A stretch of DNA of 64,000 bases from Clostridia bacterium (GTDB lineage: Bacteria > Bacillota > Clostridia > UMGS1883 > UMGS1540). Positions 58,699-64,000 of the stretch are shown here, one piece after another. The notes under the pieces are model-generated. The model was not told the origin of the DNA. It saw only the letters and a program-made list of their open reading frames with translations, and made no database searches. The stretch lies in assembly GCA_045533905.1 (NCBI GenBank), contig JAZSIR010000022.1:36498-100497 (forward strand), written 5' to 3'. The number at the start of each line of letters is the position of its first letter. Position 1 is the first letter of the stretch. A program made the translations under genes and the position numbers.

Positions 58699-60159
58699 TT
58701 ATCCGAAATAATACAAGGGGTTTTCTCTGCCTTCCACCTTCGTGCACCAGATGGGCCGAAGCGTGCCGTCACCTTCATTTTCGAGATAAACGAGATATAA
58801 ATCCTGAATTCGGATCTGGCTTTTTTCCTTGGAAAGGCGGGCGTAGAGCCCGTCGATCGCCTCGAGCATCGTGATATTCTCCGTCTTTTCCCCGCGCGGC
58901 GCAAAGCGGCGGAGAATGTGGCGATATTCCACAATTTTGCCATTCTTCACGCGGATTTCCGCGGCGTGGCGAAGGTCGCCCTCTCGCACGATGATGGGTG
59001 TGCCTTCATAATAATAGTCAAGCGTGAAAAGGTATTCGCCTGCCTCGCTCTCGACAAGGTCGGAGGAAACGAGGGCGTCGAAGGGCCTGTCCGGCACGAG
59101 CGACTGCCATACGCGTGCAGCAAAGCCTACGGCGCCGTTTAAGGCATCGTACACCGTGCCGCTGCCTTCCGAATAAGGCAGAATATTTACGCCTTTTTCC
59201 GCATCCACGGCAAAGTATTCCAAAAGACCGCCCGGAGAGATATGGATGGAGCTGTAGTTTTCCACGAAATGCTCTGTGCCGTCGGCGCCCGTGTGGCGGT
59301 TCACGCCGTGCTCGCGGTAGCCGAAAACGGACAGAAGCGCCGCTGTATCCCGCGCGCCGGAAAGCGGATTCGTGCCTTCCACGGGCACGCTTTCGGTGCT
59401 GCGCGGCGAAATGAGGATGAGGGGGTCCATAACCACGTTCTGCTCCACGCCCCCGCCGATACCGACCTGGCTGTCGTGGAGATTGAGCTCAAACGCGTAG
59501 GAATAACCGAAGTCCTCTGTCATACCGGAGATGAGCGTGTACAAATCGCCCTTCGCGGCATAGTTGATATAGAATTTGGAGATGGCGCCGCCCGTATCGC
59601 GGACATATAAAAGGACATCCTCGCCTGCGCTTCCGATCGGCGCGAGAATAAATTCGGAGAGGGCCTCTGTGTGCTTTTCGAGCCACGTATGCTCCGTGCC
59701 GATGACCTGCGCGAAAAGTCGGGGCGAAAACTCGGTGGAATAGGAAATGTAGATGGACTTGGTGTCGAGAATCTCGTCGTTTCGCAAAACGTCGTACCAT
59801 TCCTCTTCATCCACCGCGGTGGACATAAAGACGGCCGCTTCGTTTGAAAGCGTCTCCTTGAAAAAGGCGCTTATCGCCTCGTAGTACGGCGCGTAGGAAG
59901 CATCGCTGTTATAGTAGACGGCGCGGTCGCCGCCGTTTGTAACAACGAAAAGGCGGGGCTTTGCGAGGTTCTCCATCGGGCTTATATAGGGCTGCTCTTT
60001 CCGGAAAATTTGCGAAAAAAAGGCGCGGTTCGGCAGATTTGCAAAAAAATCATACCCGCGCGGCCAGATGCCGCGTCCAAACCACACACTCATCGCGAGC
60101 GCCACCGCGCTCAGTATTAACAAAAGAAGGATTCCAGTTTTAATCTTTTCTTTTCTCAT
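58699..60159 (-). CDS. Membrane-anchored extracellular protein, YycH/WalH-like
   Basis: N-terminus MRKEKIKT.IL.LLI.S..L...VW resembles YycH; C-terminal L.P.W motif. Confidence 0.55.
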   Translation of the reverse strand: MRKEKIKTGILLLLILSAVALAMSVWFGRGIWPRGYDFFANLPNRAFFSQIFRKEQPYISPMENLAKPRLFVVTNGGDRAVYYNSDASYAPYYEAISAFFKETLSNEAAVFMSTAVDEEEWYDVLRNDEILDTKSIYISYSTEFSPRLFAQVIGTEHTWLEKHTEALSEFILAPIGSAGEDVLLYVRDTGGAISKFYINYAAKGDLYTLISGMTEDFGYSYAFELNLHDSQVGIGGGVEQNVVMDPLILISPRSTESVPVEGTNPLSGARDTAALLSVFGYREHGVNRHTGADGTEHFVENYSSIHISPGGLLEYFAVDAEKGVNILPYSEGSGTVYDALNGAVGFAARVWQSLVPDRPFDALVSSDLVESEAGEYLFTLDYYYEGTPIIVREGDLRHAAEIRVKNGKIVEYRHILRRFAPRGEKTENITMLEAIDGLYARLSKEKSQIRIQDLYLVYLENEGDGTLRPIWCTKVEGRENPLYYFG

Positions 60160-60211
60160 TTTAATTCCAAAAGAGAAGGCACGCGGCCTTCTCTATCCAT
60201 TCCTCTATTTT

Positions 60212-60688
60212 TTACCAGCCGCCGAAAAGCGAACGGAAGTTCGCGGCAAAGCCGCGGATACTGTCCAGAAGTGACTGATCTAAAAGCGTGATATCGAGAC
60301 GCACGTGCTGATAATTGCCCTCGCCGTGCTCGGCACGGAGAAGCAGTGCATTCGTTTCCTTGGCAAGGTCAATTTCCTGCAGGTAAATGCCGCCGGCATT
60401 TACAGTACGGGAAAGTGCGGCGCCGAACGCATCTCTTTTGAGACGGAATACGCCTGCGGCCGCATCATAACTGTAAAGAGATACCTCTGCCCCCGGAAGC
60501 ACAACGGCCGAGAGCGTATACTTTTTCTTCGTAGTGGAGGAAACCGAGGTTTCCGGCTTTTTCACAACCATAAGCCCGCTTGCCGTGCCGCCATCGCCTG
60601 CCGCGACAGTTTCCGGCGCCGCCTGTGCCACCATCCCCAAGGTGAGAAGCACAGCGCAAAGAAGGCTCAGAAATACTTTCTTTTTCAT
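60212..60688 (-). CDS. Secreted hypothetical protein
   Basis: Signal peptide MKKKVFLSLLCAVLLTLGMVAQA; RBS GGAAGGA. Confidence 0.7.
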   Translation of the reverse strand: MKKKVFLSLLCAVLLTLGMVAQAAPETVAAGDGGTASGLMVVKKPETSVSSTTKKKYTLSAVVLPGAEVSLYSYDAAAGVFRLKRDAFGAALSRTVNAGGIYLQEIDLAKETNALLLRAEHGEGNYQHVRLDITLLDQSLLDSIRGFAANFRSLFGGW

Positions 60689-60746
60689 AGCGCAAATCCT
60701 TCCAATATTACAAAGGGGCAAACCCTTCCTATCTTGTTACGTTCTT

Positions 60747-60779
60747 ATTATACACCCATCATATTACAGATATGTTACG
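60747..60779 (-). promoter_or_regulatory. OmpR/WalR-type direct repeat next to a -10 box
   Basis: CGTAAC-N5-TGTAAT, 10 bp upstream of TATAAT. Confidence 0.5.
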
Positions 60780-60824
60780 GCCGATTATCTTTTGGTTAAC
60801 ATTCGAGAAAGTGTTATTTTTTAC

Positions 60825-60851
60825 ATATTTCGCGGGCGGCGTGCATATATA
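60825..60851 (+). promoter_or_regulatory. Putative sigma-E sporulation promoter
   Basis: ATA-16 bp-CATATATA upstream of the SipL-like gene. Confidence 0.45.
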
Positions 60852-60877
60852 TGGACAAAAAAAGAGGAGGTCTCTCT

Positions 60878-62404
60878 ATGGAAATTATGATACAGAAAGA
60901 GGCGCTGTTATCGCGCGAGGTGCTTGGAAATATCGCGGCGGAGGTTCCTTTGGAGAGCGACACCATCGTGCCCGATGCTCTTCCCGATATCGGCTCCATT
61001 TTAGATGTTTCGGCGCTTGCCCGCATTGCAGAGGCGCGGGCAGAAGGGGACAGAATCCATATAAGCGGCACGGCGCGTTTTTGCATTTTGTATGCGCCCG
61101 AAGGGGGCGAGGCGATGATGGAGTCTCTCTCGGCAGAGGTGCCGTTTCGCGATGTGCTCGCCTCCCCGTCCGCGTCCGACGCGGCGCTCACCTGCGCGGC
61201 TGAGGTCACGGCCGCACACGGGATTTTATTGAATTCCAGAAAACTCGCGGTAAAGGGCACCGTTTCCCTCGCCCTCCGGCTCACAAAGCCGTGCGAGGTG
61301 GAGGTGCCGACCGATATCACGGGCGATGTGCCCACAGAGATTCTCTATGAAAGCCTTACGGCAGAGCGGACGGGCGGGTGCGGCACATTTGTGACCACCG
61401 TTTCCGCCGCCGAGGAGGTGCCGCCCGAAAATCCGCCCATCCGTTCGGTCCTCAAAACGGAGGCCACCGTTTTGGAGGAAGATGTGCGGCTTGTAACAGG
61501 GAAAATGATTGTGAAAGGCACCGTGCGGCTGATGACGCTTTACGTGGGCGACACGCCTTCACTCGCACCGTCAGCGATGTTCCATTCGCTTCCGTTTACG
61601 GAAATTTTAGATCTTCCCGAGGCAGAGGAAGGGATGGACTATACGCTCGACTATAGTCTTTTAGATATTTATTTTGAAAATGACACGGACGACGGCCGCC
61701 GCTTTGGCGCCGAAGTCACGATGGAAATGCGCGCCGAAACCCGCGGGAAAGAAACATTCAGGATTCCTGTGGACTGCTACTGCCCGGGATATCGCGTGGC
61801 GCTCGAAAAAAGCGAGGTCACATTGCGCGAAACCTTCCCGTCGCGCCCCGAAAGCCTCACGGTGCGGAAAACGCTCGCACTTCCGGCCGAGTATCCGCCC
61901 GTGTACGCCGTGTGCGCACTCTCCTGTGTGCCGAGTGTGACTTCCGTTTCGCTCGACGGGCACACGGCCGAAATCGAAGGGGAAATCGCCGCGCGCATCC
62001 TATATTTTTCCGACGGGGATACGCTCTCTACCTTCTCTGACCGCATCCCCTTCTCCGTAAAGCTTGCGACGGAGGCGCCCCAAAACGCCGACATCGCGGC
62101 CCGTGTGCGCGCCGCCTCCTCTTCCTACACGTTGCCCGACTCGGGCAGTGTGGAGGTGCGCATAAACCTTCTTCTCGACCTTACGGCCACGGCAGAAAAA
62201 ACAGCCGTGCTCCTTTCCGGCATAACCGTTTCGGAAAGCGACGATGCGGCGCGCCCCTCGGTGGTCATTGCCTTTCCGCGGGAGGGCGATACGCTCTGGT
62301 CGCTCGGCAAGCGCTACGGCGTTCCCGGCGAAAAAATCGCCGCGGCGAACGGGCTTGACGAAAATGCTCCGCTTCTGCCCGGCTCACGCCTGTTGGTGCC
62401 GTGA
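60878..62404 (+). CDS. SipL-like spore coat morphogenetic protein (3x SPOCS/DUF3794 plus LysM)
   Basis: VPD..PDI..IL repeats, K...G...LY pattern three times, C-terminal GDTLW...KRY......I...N LysM. Confidence 0.85.
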   Translation: MEIMIQKEALLSREVLGNIAAEVPLESDTIVPDALPDIGSILDVSALARIAEARAEGDRIHISGTARFCILYAPEGGEAMMESLSAEVPFRDVLASPSASDAALTCAAEVTAAHGILLNSRKLAVKGTVSLALRLTKPCEVEVPTDITGDVPTEILYESLTAERTGGCGTFVTTVSAAEEVPPENPPIRSVLKTEATVLEEDVRLVTGKMIVKGTVRLMTLYVGDTPSLAPSAMFHSLPFTEILDLPEAEEGMDYTLDYSLLDIYFENDTDDGRRFGAEVTMEMRAETRGKETFRIPVDCYCPGYRVALEKSEVTLRETFPSRPESLTVRKTLALPAEYPPVYAVCALSCVPSVTSVSLDGHTAEIEGEIAARILYFSDGDTLSTFSDRIPFSVKLATEAPQNADIAARVRAASSSYTLPDSGSVEVRINLLLDLTATAEKTAVLLSGITVSESDDAARPSVVIAFPREGDTLWSLGKRYGVPGEKIAAANGLDENAPLLPGSRLLVP

Positions 62405-62567
62405 TGCGCCGCATCTCGGCCTGCCTCTGCGAAGTGGAAGCCTTCTTCGAATTTCTGTGCCGCCGGAAAAGACTCCGAAAAGCGGCAAAAATGGGGACGA
62501 AGGCGCGCACGGCCTTTCAGAATTTTCACGTAAAGCCGCCGAAGATGCGGCATAAATAGGAGGCAGT

Positions 62568-63215
62568 ATGAAGCTCGCAATTTTCATCCCCGACACGGCA
62601 GACTTTACAAAATCCATCCCCATTGGGCACGGCGAGGCTGTTTTTCTCCACTACCGCATCCGGCGCGGCTTTCTCGGCGCGCGGCGTGCGCGCCGCCGCC
62701 TTCTTCGCGAGGCGCGGGGCGCCTACACCTTTGATACCGCCTTTTCCGAACAGCTCTCCCTGCCCATACCTGCGGGCGATGCGGCGCGGCTTGTACATAC
62801 GGTGTGGGACCGGCTTTTACCCGAGGACATTACGCTTTTATCCCTTGCGCCGGGCGAAGGGTATCTGCCCGAAACGGTTCTGCGGGCGGCGCGGAAGGTT
62901 CGCTTTTTAGAGCTTTTAGGGGATGCGTCGCTTTCCCCGCTTGCCGATTTTCTGGAAGCGGAAACGGGGATGGTGGTGCCGATTGTCGCCGCGCCGCACA
63001 CCGCGGAGGGCGCCCTTTCCGTGTATCTTCCGGGCAGCCGCGGCGGCGCGGGGCTGGATCTGACACAGCCCGACCGCACACTTTCCTTCCTGCCGCCGCC
63101 CACGCTCCGGAGCCTGACGCCCCACACCGGCACTTCCGCCCGCACCATAGCCGCGCTTCTCTCTTTTTTCGACATTCCGTACGCGGATGTGGATGTTTTT
63201 TGTAAAAAATTATAA
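62568..63215 (+). CDS. Hypothetical protein
   Basis: 215-aa ORF with strong RBS AGGAGG, co-oriented with neighbours. Confidence 0.6.
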   Translation: MKLAIFIPDTADFTKSIPIGHGEAVFLHYRIRRGFLGARRARRRLLREARGAYTFDTAFSEQLSLPIPAGDAARLVHTVWDRLLPEDITLLSLAPGEGYLPETVLRAARKVRFLELLGDASLSPLADFLEAETGMVVPIVAAPHTAEGALSVYLPGSRGGAGLDLTQPDRTLSFLPPPTLRSLTPHTGTSARTIAALLSFFDIPYADVDVFCKKL

Positions 63216-63261
63216 AAATGCTGTCGTTTTAATAAAAATTTTGTGTAAAAACAATAAATGC

Positions 63262-63290
63262 TTGACAATGGAATACAAGTGTGCTATAAT
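63262..63290 (+). promoter_or_regulatory. Consensus sigma-A promoter of greA
   Basis: TTGACA-17 bp-TATAAT with TG extended -10. Confidence 0.85.
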
Positions 63291-63336
63291 CAAATAATAA
63301 ACTTCCGGAATATAAAAAGTAGGAGTGGAATTTTTC

Positions 63337-63813
63337 ATGGCTAAAGTCACATTTCTGACGGCCGACGGCCTTCGTCAGCTCGAAGAAGAACTCGAAAACT
63401 TAAAAACTGTTCGCCGCCACGAGGTTGCGGAAAAAATCAAGCAGGCAAGAGCGTATGGGGACCTTTCGGAAAACAGCGAATATGACGAAGCAAAGAACGA
63501 GCAGGCACAGGTGGAAAACCGCATTGTGGAGCTCGAGGAAAAGCTCAAAAACATCAAGCTCATTGATGAGGACAATATTGACACTACCGTTGTAAATATG
63601 GGCGCAAAGGTCCGCGTTTTAGACGTGGAGTTTGACGAAGAGGTGGAATACACCATCGTCGGCTCGACCGAGGCCGACCCCTCGCGCGACCGTATTTCCG
63701 ACGAATCGCCCGTAGGCCGTGCACTTCTCGGCGCCAAGGTGGGCGACACGGTAGAGGCCGTTGTGCCTTCCGGGGCTAGGCTGCAGTTCAAGATTTTATC
63801 TATCGGTAAATAA
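63337..63813 (+). CDS. greA: Transcription elongation factor GreA
   Basis: [27 protein letters not shown]. Confidence 0.96.
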   Translation: MAKVTFLTADGLRQLEEELENLKTVRRHEVAEKIKQARAYGDLSENSEYDEAKNEQAQVENRIVELEEKLKNIKLIDEDNIDTTVVNMGAKVRVLDVEFDEEVEYTIVGSTEADPSRDRISDESPVGRALLGAKVGDTVEAVVPSGARLQFKILSIGK

Positions 63814-63824
63814 TAGCAAAAAAG

Positions 63825-63866
63825 AAAGGGACTGTAAAAAAACTTGGTTTTTTTACAGTCCCTTTT
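63825..63866 (+). terminator. Long hairpin/terminator after greA
   Basis: 19-bp stem AAAGGGACTGTAAAAAAAC-TTG-GTTTTTTTACAGTCCCTTT. Confidence 0.75.
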
Positions 63867-63917
63867 GGGGAATAGGAAAAAAAGAGGCAGAACGCGAAAA
63901 CTCCACCCGACGCTGTA

Positions 63918-64000
63918 CGTCGTCAAAACAAAGTCCACTCGCTCCGGTTTTGCTTTACTGGCAAAACCCTCCGCTCAGTTTCCTTGTTTTTCCTATTCCC
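63918..64000 (-). repeat. Fourth copy of the ~100-bp structured repeat unit (runs off the window)
   Basis: Reverse complement GGGAATAGGAAAAACAAGGAAAC...GGACTTTGTTTTGACG aligns with 29487-29566. Confidence 0.7.

Overview
A 64-kb chromosomal segment of a fairly GC-rich, probably spore-forming Clostridia-type Firmicute. The taxonomy is inferred from scfAB, SLH proteins, a SipL-like coat protein, hprK and rny. Most of the window is housekeeping: a complete eight-gene aromatic amino-acid operon (aroF-tyrA-aroB-aroA-aroC-pheA-aroE/K-aroQ), scfAB, ribU, mbl, two OmpR-type two-component systems, citrate synthase, rny, gltX, nrdR, uxaE, nadE, fhs, proBA, hprK, murB, rlmD, rnhA, punA and greA. I saw no tRNA, rRNA, CRISPR array, transposase or integrase. 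Five things stand out. (1) An unannotated Phe/Tyr-rich leader peptide with antiterminator and terminator, i.e. classical ribosome-mediated attenuation instead of a T-box, heads the aro operon. (2) A two-gene surface system pairs an X-dockerin protein carrying DUF1533-like domains with a cohesin-Ig-SLH anchor, with no carbohydrate enzyme. (3) An AT-rich single-gene acyltransferase cassette is flanked by the rlmD 3' end and a second, diverged copy of that 3' end, with no recombinase. (4) An FMN riboswitch has a non-consensus 3' joining region. (5) A family of covarying, modular structured intergenic repeats occurs at 29 kb, 57 kb and 64 kb. All domain and family calls come from motif recognition by eye; no searches were run.
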